Assembly (NCBI GenBank): GCA_040755455.1
Contig: JBFMAY010000004.1
Span: 1-64,000 of the forward strand
Reading direction: 5' to 3'
From: Thermodesulfobacteriota bacterium
GTDB lineage: Bacteria > Desulfobacterota > Desulfobulbia > Desulfobulbales > SURF-16
DNA length: 64,000 bases
In this document: positions 1 to 10,519 of the stretch, piece after piece
Layout: each line of letters begins with the position of its first letter
Numbering within the stretch: the first letter of the stretch is position 1
Program-made: the position numbers and the translations under genes
The notes under the pieces: model-generated
What the model saw: the letters and a program-made list of their open reading frames with translations, nothing else
Told to the model about the DNA's origin: nothing
Database searches by the model: none

Positions 1-2
1 GC

Positions 3-2015
3 GTCACCCGGCCCACGGGCAACATCTTTCTCACCAATATCCACCGTATTTATTCCGGCGATGAAATCCCCCCTTCCCCTGATGACGAAAACACCATGGA
101 TTACTTTCTGGGCAGGCGGCCCACGGGTGCGACCACGGATTCCAGAGTGGATCTGGGGATGATCGTGCGGGATATCGACGAGCTGATGGTCGTTAACGAC
201 GAGGCCCACCACATTCACGATGCCAGGCTGGCCTGGTTCAAATCCATCGAGGACATTCACAACCGGCTGCTGCAGAAGGGGGGCGCGCTGGCCTTGCAGG
301 TGGATGTGACCGCCACGCCCAGGCATAACAATGGGGCGATCTTTGTGCAGACGGTGGCCGATTACCCGCTGGTGGAAGCCATTTCTCAAAACGTGGTCAA
401 ACACCCGGTGCTGCCCGATGCGCCCAGCCGGGCCAAGCTGTCCGAGCGGCAAAGCGCCCGGTACACCGAAAAATATGCCGACTACCTTGACCTGGGGGTG
501 ATCGAGTGGCGCAAGGCATACACAGAACATGAAAAAATGGGCAAGAAGGCCATCCTGTTTGTGATGACCGACGACACCCGCAACTGCGATGACGTGGCCG
601 AATACCTGCAAAACCGTTATGCTGACCTGCAGGGTGACGCGGTGCTGGTGATTCATACCAAGAACAACGGCGAGATTTCCGAGGCTGCCTCCGGCAAAGC
701 CAGGGAAGAGCTGGAGAAACTGCGCAAACAGGCCAATGAAATCGACGGCGCGGAGAGTCCCTGCAAAGCCATTGTCTCGGTGTTGATGCTGAAAGAAGGC
801 TGGGACGTGAAAAACGTCACCACCATCGTCGGCTTGCGCGCCTACTCGGCCAAGAGCAACATCCTGCCGGAACAGACGCTTGGGCGCGGCCTGCGCAAGA
901 TGTACCCCGGCGGGCTGGAGGAGTATGTCAGCGTCATCGGCACCGATGCCTTCATGGATTTTGTCGAGTCAATTAAAGCGGAAGGCGTGGAACTCGAACG
1001 CAAGGCCATGGGCGAGGGCACCCAGCCCAAGACCCCGCTGGTGGTGGAAGTGGACCGGGAGAACGCAAACAAGGATCTTGACGCCCTGGACATTGAAATC
1101 CCGGCGCTGACGCCGCGGGTCTTTCGGGAGTACAAAAACCTGACTGATCTTACCCCAGACAAATTGCTCGGCCAGCCGATACCGTATCGGCAATTCAGCG
1201 TTGAGGAGCAACGGGAGATCGTCTTCAAGGACATCACAACGGGCGAGATCACCCATACCACGGTGCTGGACAATGCCGGGGTGGCTGATTATCGCAGTGT
1301 GATCGGTTATTTCGCCCAAACCGTCATGAAGGAACTGCGCCTGTTCAGCGGCTACGACGTCCTGTACGGCAAGATCAAGGCCTTTGTGCAAGAGCGGCTG
1401 TTCGGCCGGGCCGTGGATCTGGAAAGCGCCAATACCTTGCGTAATTTATCTGAGCTTGCGGCCACCAAAACGGTGATTGAAACCTGCAAACGGGCGATCA
1501 ACGACCTCACGGTTCAGGACAAGGGCGATGCGCAAATACGGGACAGCATCAAGCTGCGGCAGACCCGGCCCTTTGTGGTCAAAGACCAGGGATATCTGAT
1601 CCCGAAAAAATCGGTATTCAACAAGATCATTGGCGACAGCCGCTTTGAGCTGGAATTTGCCGGTTTTTTGGAAAACTGTACCGATGTGACGTCCTACGGC
1701 AAAAATTATCTGGCGGTGCATTTCAAGCTCGATTATATCAACGGGGGCGGCGATATTGCCAATTACTACCCGGATTTCATCGTCAAGCTGGCAGACAGAC
1801 GCATCATCATTGTCGAAACCAAAGGACGGGAAGACCTGGATGTCCCGCAAAAAATGTCCCGGCTCAGACAGTGGTGCGAGGATATCAAGCAGGCGCAGCC
1901 CGATGTTCGTTATGACTTTGTCTATGTGGATGAAAAGACCTTCCTGAAGTATCAGCCGAAAACATTCCGGCAGTTGCTTGACGGGTTCCGGGAATATAAA
2001 AAAATGGAAATATAA
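3..2015 (+). CDS. Type III restriction enzyme Res-like subunit (DEAD/DEAH helicase + C-terminal PD-(D/E)xK nuclease), 5'-truncated by the window edge
   Basis: Frame is open from position 3 (VTRPTGNIFLTNIHRI...). Helicase motifs NDEAHH, TATP, MLKEGWD and EQTLGRGLR; C-terminal YPDF...VETKG nuclease motif. Confidence 0.8.
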   Translation, partial: VTRPTGNIFLTNIHRIYSGDEIPPSPDDENTMDYFLGRRPTGATTDSRVDLGMIVRDIDELMVVNDEAHHIHDARLAWFKSIEDIHNRLLQKGGALALQVDVTATPRHNNGAIFVQTVADYPLVEAISQNVVKHPVLPDAPSRAKLSERQSARYTEKYADYLDLGVIEWRKAYTEHEKMGKKAILFVMTDDTRNCDDVAEYLQNRYADLQGDAVLVIHTKNNGEISEAASGKAREELEKLRKQANEIDGAESPCKAIVSVLMLKEGWDVKNVTTIVGLRAYSAKSNILPEQTLGRGLRKMYPGGLEEYVSVIGTDAFMDFVESIKAEGVELERKAMGEGTQPKTPLVVEVDRENANKDLDALDIEIPALTPRVFREYKNLTDLTPDKLLGQPIPYRQFSVEEQREIVFKDITTGEITHTTVLDNAGVADYRSVIGYFAQTVMKELRLFSGYDVLYGKIKAFVQERLFGRAVDLESANTLRNLSELAATKTVIETCKRAINDLTVQDKGDAQIRDSIKLRQTRPFVVKDQGYLIPKKSVFNKIIGDSRFELEFAGFLENCTDVTSYGKNYLAVHFKLDYINGGGDIANYYPDFIVKLADRRIIIVETKGREDLDVPQKMSRLRQWCEDIKQAQPDVRYDFVYVDEKTFLKYQPKTFRQLLDGFREYKKMEI

Positions 2016-2085
2016 TAAGGCGTTGCTTCGGATATCATGCAAATGTTGTGTTTTCGGTTTTGCTGAATCTCATTCACTCAAATAA

Positions 2086-3189
<1,104 letters not shown>

Positions 3190-3918
3190 ATGACAGCACC
3201 TGCCGTCAGTGTGGTCCTGGTGGAACCCCAGGGTGCGCTCAATATCGGCTCCGTCTGCCGGGTGATGATGAATTTCGGTTTTACTGAGCTGCGCCTGGTC
3301 AAGCCCCGGGCGGATCATCTCAGCAAACATGCCCGGGACATGGCGGTCAACGCCAGGGATCTGCTCAAGAATGCCGGACTGTTCGGCACCCTAGCCGAGG
3401 CCCTGGCCGACTGCAGTCTCTGCCTGGGGACCACCCGCCGCTTCGGCAAATACCGGCAGGATTTTCTCGCACCCCATGAGATCGCCCCGCTGCTTGCCCG
3501 GCACGATGCCGGGGTGAAAACCGCCCTGGTCTTCGGCCGGGAAGACGACGGCCTTACCACCGCGGAACTCGATCTCTGCCAGTTTTTCGTCACCATCGCC
3601 ACCGACCCTGCCCTGCCCTCCCTCAACCTGGCCCAGGCGGTGGCCATCTGTCTGTACGAGCTGAGCCGGGGACGGCAGGCGCAGTCCGGCGAGCCCGGCG
3701 GCTTCGAGCCGGCCGACAGCCGGACCCTGGAAAGCATGTATCAGCACATGCGCCGAACTCTGATCGAGGCCGAATATCTTGACCCGCAGAATCCCGACCA
3801 TATCCTGCGCGCCTTTCGCCGCATCTTCGGCCGGGCCGGCCTTGATCAGCGGGAAGTCCGCATCATGCAGGGGCTGTGGAGCCGCGTCGACTGGCTGAAC
3901 AGCCAGCGCAAACAGTAG
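3190..3918 (+). CDS. trmJ: SPOUT-family tRNA/rRNA methyltransferase (TrmJ/TrmH/LasT type)
   Basis: VVLVEPQGALNIGSVCRVM.NFG, ALVFGREDDGL and SLNLAQAV motifs; abuts the leuB stop. Confidence 0.85.
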   Translation: MTAPAVSVVLVEPQGALNIGSVCRVMMNFGFTELRLVKPRADHLSKHARDMAVNARDLLKNAGLFGTLAEALADCSLCLGTTRRFGKYRQDFLAPHEIAPLLARHDAGVKTALVFGREDDGLTTAELDLCQFFVTIATDPALPSLNLAQAVAICLYELSRGRQAQSGEPGGFEPADSRTLESMYQHMRRTLIEAEYLDPQNPDHILRAFRRIFGRAGLDQREVRIMQGLWSRVDWLNSQRKQ

Positions 3919-3923
3919 CAGCC

Positions 3924-5006
3924 ATGTCTTTTGACCGCCACTTTACCAACCAGCTGCTGGAGTGGTTTCAGCACAATAGCCGGGATCTGCCATGGCGCCA
4001 TACTTACGCCTCCTACCATGTCTGGATTGCCGAAATCATGCTGCAGCAGACCCAGATGGACCGGGTTGTCTTCTATTTCACCAGGTGGCTTGCCCGCTTC
4101 CCGGATATCCCGACCCTTGCCGCTGCCGACGAGGACGAGGTGCTCAGCTGCTGGGAGGGTCTCGGCTACTACTCCCGGGCCCGAAATCTGCACCGTACCG
4201 CCAAACTCCTGGCGGAGCAGGGCAATATGCTGCCCGCCAGCTATGAGGCGCTGCGCAAACTCCCCGGCATCGGTCCCTATACGGCCGGCGCCATCATGAG
4301 CATCGCCTTTAATCAGGACTTTCCGGTGGTTGACGCCAATATCGAACGGATTTTCGCCCGTCTCTTTGATATCGCCACGCCGATCAAGAGCAGGGAAAAC
4401 AAGGCCCTGGTCTGGCAAAAGGCAGCGGCAATGCTGCCGGCCGGCCAATCCCGCATCTTCAACCAGGCCCTGATGGAGCTGGGCGCCCTGGTCTGCCTGC
4501 CCAGAGCCCCTCACTGCAGCCGGTGTCCCGTTGTCCCCTGGTGTAAGGCGTACCAGTTGAATATTATCCAGGCCCGGCCGGTGCTGTTGCCGAAAAGGAA
4601 GAGCATGTTAATTGAGATGGCGACCGGCATTCTGGTCAGGAATGAAAAGGTGCTGATCCAGAAAAGACAGGCGGATGATGTGTGGGCAAATCTCTGGGAG
4701 TTTCCCGGTGGCCGGCTGAAAGAGGGAGAATCCCCGCATCAGGCGGTGGTGCGGGAATTTCTGGAAGAAACTGGACTCCATGTGGGAGTGACAGGAGAAA
4801 TCACCAGCGTCAGGCACAGCTACATGCATTACCGGGTGATTCTGCATGGATTTTTCTGTGCGGCAACCGATGGGGAGGATAATGAACCGGCCCTGCTGGC
4901 CGCCCAGGAAAACAGATGGGTCCGCTTCACGGAACTGCACCGGTTCGCCTTTCCGGCCGGCCACCGGAAGCTGATTGACTATCTTCGGAACAGCTCAGGG
5001 ATTTAA
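3924..5006 (+). CDS. mutY: A/G-specific adenine glycosylase with C-terminal Nudix (MutT-like) domain
   Basis: RDLPWR, EIMLQQT, WEGLGYYSRARNL, LPGIGPYTA, [4Fe-4S] motif C-X6-C-X2-C-X5-C; C-terminal GGRLKEGESPHQAVVREFLEETGL Nudix box. ATG 3924 preferred because it follows the upstream stop. Confidence 0.95.
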   Translation: MSFDRHFTNQLLEWFQHNSRDLPWRHTYASYHVWIAEIMLQQTQMDRVVFYFTRWLARFPDIPTLAAADEDEVLSCWEGLGYYSRARNLHRTAKLLAEQGNMLPASYEALRKLPGIGPYTAGAIMSIAFNQDFPVVDANIERIFARLFDIATPIKSRENKALVWQKAAAMLPAGQSRIFNQALMELGALVCLPRAPHCSRCPVVPWCKAYQLNIIQARPVLLPKRKSMLIEMATGILVRNEKVLIQKRQADDVWANLWEFPGGRLKEGESPHQAVVREFLEETGLHVGVTGEITSVRHSYMHYRVILHGFFCAATDGEDNEPALLAAQENRWVRFTELHRFAFPAGHRKLIDYLRNSSGI

Positions 5007-5069
5007 GGTAATTAGGCTTTTAGTTTGTTAGCAAAAGAAGTCGAAGCAAATCCTCATCCGCGAACAACC

Positions 5070-5176
5070 TAAGCCGTTGTAAAAAAATAACATGGCCAGA
5101 GAAATGCGCGGAACGGCATAAGGAGCCGTAACGAAATTGAAAAAAAATGGCCATGTTATTTCGTAACGGCTCCTAA
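5070..5176 (+). repeat. Dispersed ~105 bp TAA-bounded inverted-repeat element (MITE/REP-like), copy 1
   Basis: taagccgttgtaaa...aacggcataaggagccgtaacgaaat...atttcgtaacggctcctaa; three further copies in the window. Confidence 0.85.
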
Positions 5177-5203
5177 ATACCTACAGACTATCCACCTATT
5201 TTC

Positions 5204-5614
5204 TCAAAAGGAATAGGACACCACCAGACCAAGTTTCTTTATCTGCTCAAGCAGCTGATCCATCTTGACCGGTTTGGTCATATAGGCCTCACAGCGGCCT
5301 TCCTCCTTTGCCTTCCGGATGTTTTCAGGATCGCTCAGGGCGGTTATCATGATCACCTTCACCTGGTATTCAGGAATGACCCCCAGATCCTCTTCAATCT
5401 TGCGGATCTTGAGCAGGGCGTCCTGGCCGTTCATTTCGGGCATCATGATATCCAGGCAGACCAGATCAAAAGGGTCTCTGTCCTTCAAGGCCTGGGTAAA
5501 AACTTCAATCGCCTCCCGTCCGTTTTCCGCCCCATGGGTTGTTCCCACATCAGCCAGCATCTCCTGAAGGATGACCCGTGTCATCACATCATCTTCAGCA
5601 ATCAAAATTTTCAT
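5204..5614 (-). CDS. Single-domain response regulator (CheY-like)
   Basis: ILIAEDD, LDIMMPEMNG, ITALSD, MTKP receiver motifs. Confidence 0.92.
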   Translation of the reverse strand: MKILIAEDDVMTRVILQEMLADVGTTHGAENGREAIEVFTQALKDRDPFDLVCLDIMMPEMNGQDALLKIRKIEEDLGVIPEYQVKVIMITALSDPENIRKAKEEGRCEAYMTKPVKMDQLLEQIKKLGLVVSYSF

Positions 5615-5703
5615 GGATAACCCTTTATCTTGTTATGATGGTTTGCTTATCGAAAAAATACTTACCAGGCAACGGATTTTTTTTCATCTTTTTTCTGCAT
5701 CCA

Positions 5704-6837
5704 TCAGCGGGCCGTGGCCAAGGCGAGCCGGGCAGCCCGCATCGAGGCCCCTCCCCCGCCCAGTTTTCTCCTTACCTCAGCCAGATCCTTGAGCATATCC
5801 TGCCTTTTCATGCTGCCGGGCAGGATATCCTGCAAGGCCGCGCTGATTTTCCCGGCAGTGGCCTCATGCTGCAGCAACTCGCTGACCACCTCTCGGCCGG
5901 CGATAAGATTGACCAGCGCCGCAAAGTCGACATTGACCAGCATATTGCCCACAAACCAGGTAAAGGGAGACACCTTATAGGCAACCACCATGGGCACATC
6001 AAGAATGGCCAGCTCCAGCGTCACCGTGCCGGATGCAGCAACCGCCAGATCACAGGAGGCCATGAGATCGTAACGATCCTCGGCAATGACCTTCACCACG
6101 ACTGGCGCCTTGTCGAGACCGCACGCCAGCAGATCCTCCCTGGTAAGGCCCGGCGCCAGGGGCAACAGGATGGTCAGGTTGTCATGGATTTCCGTCATCC
6201 CTTGAGCGGCCTCAAGAAAAACGGGCAGCATGGCGCGTATCTCTTTTTTTCTGCTGCCCGGCAGAATCCCCAGGAGAATGTTGTCCGTCTTGACCTGATG
6301 GAGCCGGCAGAACTCCTCTCTGGACATGGTGCGCCTGACCGAATCAAGCAGAGGATGGCCCACATAGTCAACCTCGACCCCGCGCTGGTGGTAAAACTCT
6401 TTTTCAAACGGCAGGATGACCGCCATCCGGTCAATGATTGCGCCGATTTTTTTGACCCGGCCGCTGCGCCAGGCCCAGACCTGCGGACTGATATAATAAA
6501 AGATGGGAATACCCAGCTGTCTTGCCTTCTGCGCCAGCAGCAGATTGAAATCAGGGTAATCGATGAGGATGAGCAGATTCGGCGGATGTTTTTGCAGTTC
6601 ATCCACGAGTATTTTCCGGGCCGCGCGGATATCTCCGAGATGGGCGATGACCTCAACCAGGCCGACCACCGCCATTGCCGCGGCATCATATAAAATGTCC
6701 ACGCCTTGCCGCCGCAGTTCCCTGCCCCCCATGCCGCACAGGGAAAGATCCGGGGCAAGCTGCTTCATGGCGGCAACCAGATGGGACCCATGCAGGTCGC
6801 CTGAGGCCTCGCCGGCAACAATCATCACCCGCAGCAT
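5704..6837 (-). CDS. lpxB: Lipid-A-disaccharide synthase
   Basis: AGEASGDLHG, IDYPDFN, SPQVWAWR, ILPFE, VGHPLLD, LPGSR, SGTVTLE. Confidence 0.97.
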   Translation of the reverse strand: MLRVMIVAGEASGDLHGSHLVAAMKQLAPDLSLCGMGGRELRRQGVDILYDAAAMAVVGLVEVIAHLGDIRAARKILVDELQKHPPNLLILIDYPDFNLLLAQKARQLGIPIFYYISPQVWAWRSGRVKKIGAIIDRMAVILPFEKEFYHQRGVEVDYVGHPLLDSVRRTMSREEFCRLHQVKTDNILLGILPGSRKKEIRAMLPVFLEAAQGMTEIHDNLTILLPLAPGLTREDLLACGLDKAPVVVKVIAEDRYDLMASCDLAVAASGTVTLELAILDVPMVVAYKVSPFTWFVGNMLVNVDFAALVNLIAGREVVSELLQHEATAGKISAALQDILPGSMKRQDMLKDLAEVRRKLGGGGASMRAARLALATAR

Positions 6838-7796
6838 AAAACGTCTTTATGCCTGCTGATATGGTCCCTGATCTGGCTGATAATCCGCAATGCCACTTCA
6901 AGGGCCCGCCGTCCTTCCCGGCCGGAAACCTTCGGCGTCCGCCGCAGACGGACATTGCCGACAAAATCCGTCAGTTCCGCCGCCAGGGCATCCTGTTCGG
7001 TGAAACAGAAATGCGTCGTCTTTTCATTGGGATAGCCCTCCGCGGTCGAACCGGGGAGACGCTCAATGATTTTTATTTCCTTGGTGGCGTAATTTACCGT
7101 GAGAGAACCGCCGGGCTGATAAATACGCAGGCTGCGCACATTGTCATGGGCGACGCGGCTCACCGTGACATTGGCCGTGCAGCCGTTCTCGAAAATCAAC
7201 TGGGCGGCGGCCACATCGGTTTCCCTGGTCACCACCGGCACGCCGATGGTGGAGATTGATTTAAGGGGAGACGGGACAATGGACAAAATGATGTCAATAT
7301 CGTGAATCATCAAGTCAAGCACCACATCCACTTCCACGCCTCGGGGCTTGAAGGAATGGACCCGCTGCGATTCGATGAACACCGGGCAGGTCAGATAATC
7401 CCGCATGGCGACGATGGCCGGATTGAATCGCTCCAGATGGCCAACCTGCAGAATGCGATTGCCCTTTTCCGCCTTGCCGATGAGATCGTCAGCCTCGGCC
7501 AGGGTAACGGTCATCGGTTTTTCCAGCATTACATCGACATTTTCGGAAAAGCAGTCACTGGCCACTTGATGATGCAGCGGGGTCGGCACCACCACACTTA
7601 CCGCATCAACATGCCGTAATAGCTCCCGGTAATCCTGGAACGGTTTCGTCCTGTTTTCCTGGGCCACCTGGCGGGCAAGCTCGCTTGAAACATCCGCCAC
7701 GCCGACCAGTTCCACATCTTCCATTACGGCATATTTCTGAGCATGGAATTTGCCGAGATATCCCACGCCGATCACACCAATTTTAATTTTCTGCAT
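6825..7796 (-). CDS. Gfo/Idh/MocA oxidoreductase, GnnA-like (UDP-GlcNAc 3-dehydrogenase candidate)
   Basis: GVIGVGYLGKFHA, LEKP, QVGHLERFNP, VVLDLMIHDID; overlaps the lpxB start. Confidence 0.85.
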   Translation of the reverse strand: MQKIKIGVIGVGYLGKFHAQKYAVMEDVELVGVADVSSELARQVAQENRTKPFQDYRELLRHVDAVSVVVPTPLHHQVASDCFSENVDVMLEKPMTVTLAEADDLIGKAEKGNRILQVGHLERFNPAIVAMRDYLTCPVFIESQRVHSFKPRGVEVDVVLDLMIHDIDIILSIVPSPLKSISTIGVPVVTRETDVAAAQLIFENGCTANVTVSRVAHDNVRSLRIYQPGGSLTVNYATKEIKIIERLPGSTAEGYPNEKTTHFCFTEQDALAAELTDFVGNVRLRRTPKVSGREGRRALEVALRIISQIRDHISRHKDVLCCG

Positions 7797-7811
7797 AATG
7801 TCTCTATGTTG

Positions 7812-8336
7812 TTACAGGTCAGCCGACAAATAAACCGCCGACTTGTTCAGCATATCTTCCAAAGTGGAATCAAGGAGTTGACGAATCGGCGAGTACTCGG
7901 GGACGGGCCTGTCCAGGACGTGGCCCAAAAAGCCCTCGACCAGACAGGGGAAGAGGCGGATGCGGCCGGCCGCCCTTTGCCCAAGGTCGGATTGAAAAAA
8001 CTCGCGGTAACCGGTAAATCTGTCCACGAAAACATTGGTTATCGCCTGCGAGAGCGCGTTGATCTGCTCATCTTCCAGTTCCTGCGGCCGGGAGGCGATA
8101 ATCCTGTCGATGATGCTGGCCACAACCGACCGGTTGAAATCTTCCACTTCTCTCTCCTGAGGCTTGCTGATGCTGCGCAGATAGCAGGCCGTTACCCAGA
8201 AGGCGCAGAACACATCAAACTCATTGGCCCGGATGGCATAATCGTCAAAATTGCCACCCTTGAAAAAATCGGTCAGATGTTCCGAACTGACCCGGTAAAG
8301 GGCAAAAAGTTTCTCCTGAATGGTTTGGGTTGTCAT
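7812..8336 (-). CDS. Hypothetical protein (174 aa)
   Basis: ATG-started ORF, co-oriented and 15 nt upstream of the Gfo/Idh/MocA gene; no motif recognised. Confidence 0.65.
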   Translation of the reverse strand: MTTQTIQEKLFALYRVSSEHLTDFFKGGNFDDYAIRANEFDVFCAFWVTACYLRSISKPQEREVEDFNRSVVASIIDRIIASRPQELEDEQINALSQAITNVFVDRFTGYREFFQSDLGQRAAGRIRLFPCLVEGFLGHVLDRPVPEYSPIRQLLDSTLEDMLNKSAVYLSADL

Positions 8337-8549
8337 GGAAACGTCGATTGTGCTCTGATTTCAAGTTAAAATTGATTCTCCGTACGGAACCATCAGCATG
8401 ACGGCTCCGATTTTCCTGAAAGCCACTCTAAATGAAAATAAATCTTTGTCAATAAACTAAGGAATCAAGTAAGATAATATCATTCATTATTGCCTTTTCC
8501 ACTGGCATTCAGAGAAAAAATCAATTATCACGAAAATTCAGCAAGCTAG

Positions 8550-9545
8550 ATGACAAACCAACTGTTTCAGGCCATGGTTGTCAGGGAAGAACCTGACAAC
8601 GTTTTTATCAGAGAAATAAGGGAAAGAACCATCGCCGAGCTTCCCGCATATGATGTGCTTATTGCCGTACGCTTTTCTTCCCTCAACTACAAGGATGCCC
8701 TGTCCGCATCCGGCAACAAGGGCGTTACCCGCCGCTACCCGCATACGCCCGGCGTTGATGCGGCGGGAGTTGTCGTGGCAAGCGGATCGGAAAAGTTCAA
8801 GGCCGGAGACGAGGTCATTGTCACCGGCTATGATCTGGGAACAAAAATACCTGGCGGCTTCGGACAGTTTATCAGGGTACCGGCGGAATGGATCGTACCC
8901 CTGCCCCCGGGCATGAGTCTTTACGAGAGCATGATCTATGGCACGGCCGGCTTTACGGCCGCCCAATCGGTACTCAGAATAGTTGACCACGGCGTAAAAC
9001 CTGAAGACGGCAAAATCCTGGTCAGCGGGGCCACCGGCGGGGTCGGCAGCGTTTCAGTGGCCATTCTGGCCAAACTGGGCTATCAGGTAACAGCAGTAAC
9101 GGGCAAGAGCGAGGAACATGCGCTGCTTGCCCGTCTTGGCGCAGCAAGCATCCTCACCCGCCAGGAGGCCACCGATACAACCGGCAGAATGTTATTAAGG
9201 GAGAAATGGGCCGGTGTCGTTGACACCGTTGGTGGTGACATTCTGACTACCGCCATCAGAACAACCCGTTACGGGGGCATAGTCACCTGTTGCGGCAATG
9301 TTGCCTCGCCCCATCTCCACATCTCTGTCTACCCGTTTATCCTCAGGGGAGTTACCTTAAGCGGTATCGACTCGGCAAGCTGCACACTTGCCGTCCGCCA
9401 GAGGATATGGAACAAGCTCGCCGCAGCATGGAAAATCAATCAACTCCATGACTTGGCGCGGGTCGTTGATCTGGATCATTTAAATGACGAGATTGACAGC
9501 ATACTGCAAGGGAAAACAAAAGGAAGGATTGTTGTTCAGCTGTAA
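8550..9545 (+). CDS. YhdH/AcuI-family NADPH quinone oxidoreductase / acryloyl-CoA reductase (MDR family)
   Basis: SSLNYKDAL, PGVDAAG, GTAGFTAA, GATGGVGS, PFILRGVTLSGIDS. Confidence 0.9.
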   Translation: MTNQLFQAMVVREEPDNVFIREIRERTIAELPAYDVLIAVRFSSLNYKDALSASGNKGVTRRYPHTPGVDAAGVVVASGSEKFKAGDEVIVTGYDLGTKIPGGFGQFIRVPAEWIVPLPPGMSLYESMIYGTAGFTAAQSVLRIVDHGVKPEDGKILVSGATGGVGSVSVAILAKLGYQVTAVTGKSEEHALLARLGAASILTRQEATDTTGRMLLREKWAGVVDTVGGDILTTAIRTTRYGGIVTCCGNVASPHLHISVYPFILRGVTLSGIDSASCTLAVRQRIWNKLAAAWKINQLHDLARVVDLDHLNDEIDSILQGKTKGRIVVQL

Positions 9546-9597
9546 CCTGCCGGCTGGGGCAATCTGATAAGAATATCGTAAACTGACGGCATAGCAT

Positions 9598-10455
9598 ATG
9601 GAAACGGAAAATAAATTTATCAAAGATGTTGACAGACTGGTTCCCCGTCCGGACATAGCCCTGGAGGTCCTGCAGATGGCCTATGACAACCAGGTCAGTA
9701 TCCCGGCAATGGCGCACAAGATAGAGATGGACCCCAACCTGACTGCCAACATGCTGCGGCTGGCAAATTCGGCATATTTCGGCCATATGCGTGAAATTAT
9801 GTCAATCAAGGATATCATTATCCGCCTCGGGCTGGAAACGGTGAAAATTATCGCCATTACCGGCGCATCCGCCGGCTTGATGCGATCCCCCCAGCAGGCC
9901 TATAATCTTGAGCCGGGCACCTTGTGGCATCACTCCCATGCCACCGCCGTGCTGTCGTCGGTAATAGCCAAATATGCAAAAGTTGAGGAGGTTGGCAGCA
10001 TTTATACCGCCTCTCTGCTCCATGATATCGGCAAGGTAATTTTAAACAGGCCTCTGCAGATTGCCATCTCAAATAACAAAAATCTGGGCAGGAAATTCAG
10101 CTCTCTCGTTGAACTGGAGCAATTCCTGCTGGAAACGGATCATGCCAAGGTCGGCATGGCCCTGCTGCAGAAGTGGGGACTGCCTGACAATATTTCCATC
10201 CCGGTCGGCTTTCACCACAGGCAGGATTGCCAGGAGGCTGAACAGCTGAACGTCAAAATCGTCAGTCTGGCGAATTTTTTGGTGGAAAGTATTGGTATCC
10301 GTTCGCTGCTGCCGGAAAATTTCACATTTAATGTGCAGGATTTCATTGATCAGAACCAGCAGCTGCCGGCAGTTCCCAACTTCCAGGACAATATGGAAAG
10401 AATTATTGATGAATTTTTCTATCAATTCAACGAGACGGCAAAATTATCGACCTGA
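9598..10455 (+). CDS. HDOD domain protein
   Basis: DPNLTANMLRLANSAYFG, LWHHS, LLHDIGK, DHAKVG..LL.KWGLP, FHH. Confidence 0.92.
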   Translation: METENKFIKDVDRLVPRPDIALEVLQMAYDNQVSIPAMAHKIEMDPNLTANMLRLANSAYFGHMREIMSIKDIIIRLGLETVKIIAITGASAGLMRSPQQAYNLEPGTLWHHSHATAVLSSVIAKYAKVEEVGSIYTASLLHDIGKVILNRPLQIAISNNKNLGRKFSSLVELEQFLLETDHAKVGMALLQKWGLPDNISIPVGFHHRQDCQEAEQLNVKIVSLANFLVESIGIRSLLPENFTFNVQDFIDQNQQLPAVPNFQDNMERIIDEFFYQFNETAKLST

Positions 10456-10519
10456 GCCCGTCATCACCCTTACCGGGCGGAGACAATCCGGTACGCCTTT
10501 ACCGGGTTCAGGTCCAATA

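Noticed and set aside
5070..5176. The dispersed repeat as integron attC sites or CRISPR repeats
   Set aside because: No RYYYAAC/GTTRRRY core arrangement, no integrase or cassette array; copies are kilobases apart and in both orientations.
5578..6693. 371-aa plus-strand ORF
   Set aside because: Antisense shadow of lpxB with no motifs. The same applies to 24645-25802, 29445-30347, 51767-52534 and 14467-15192.
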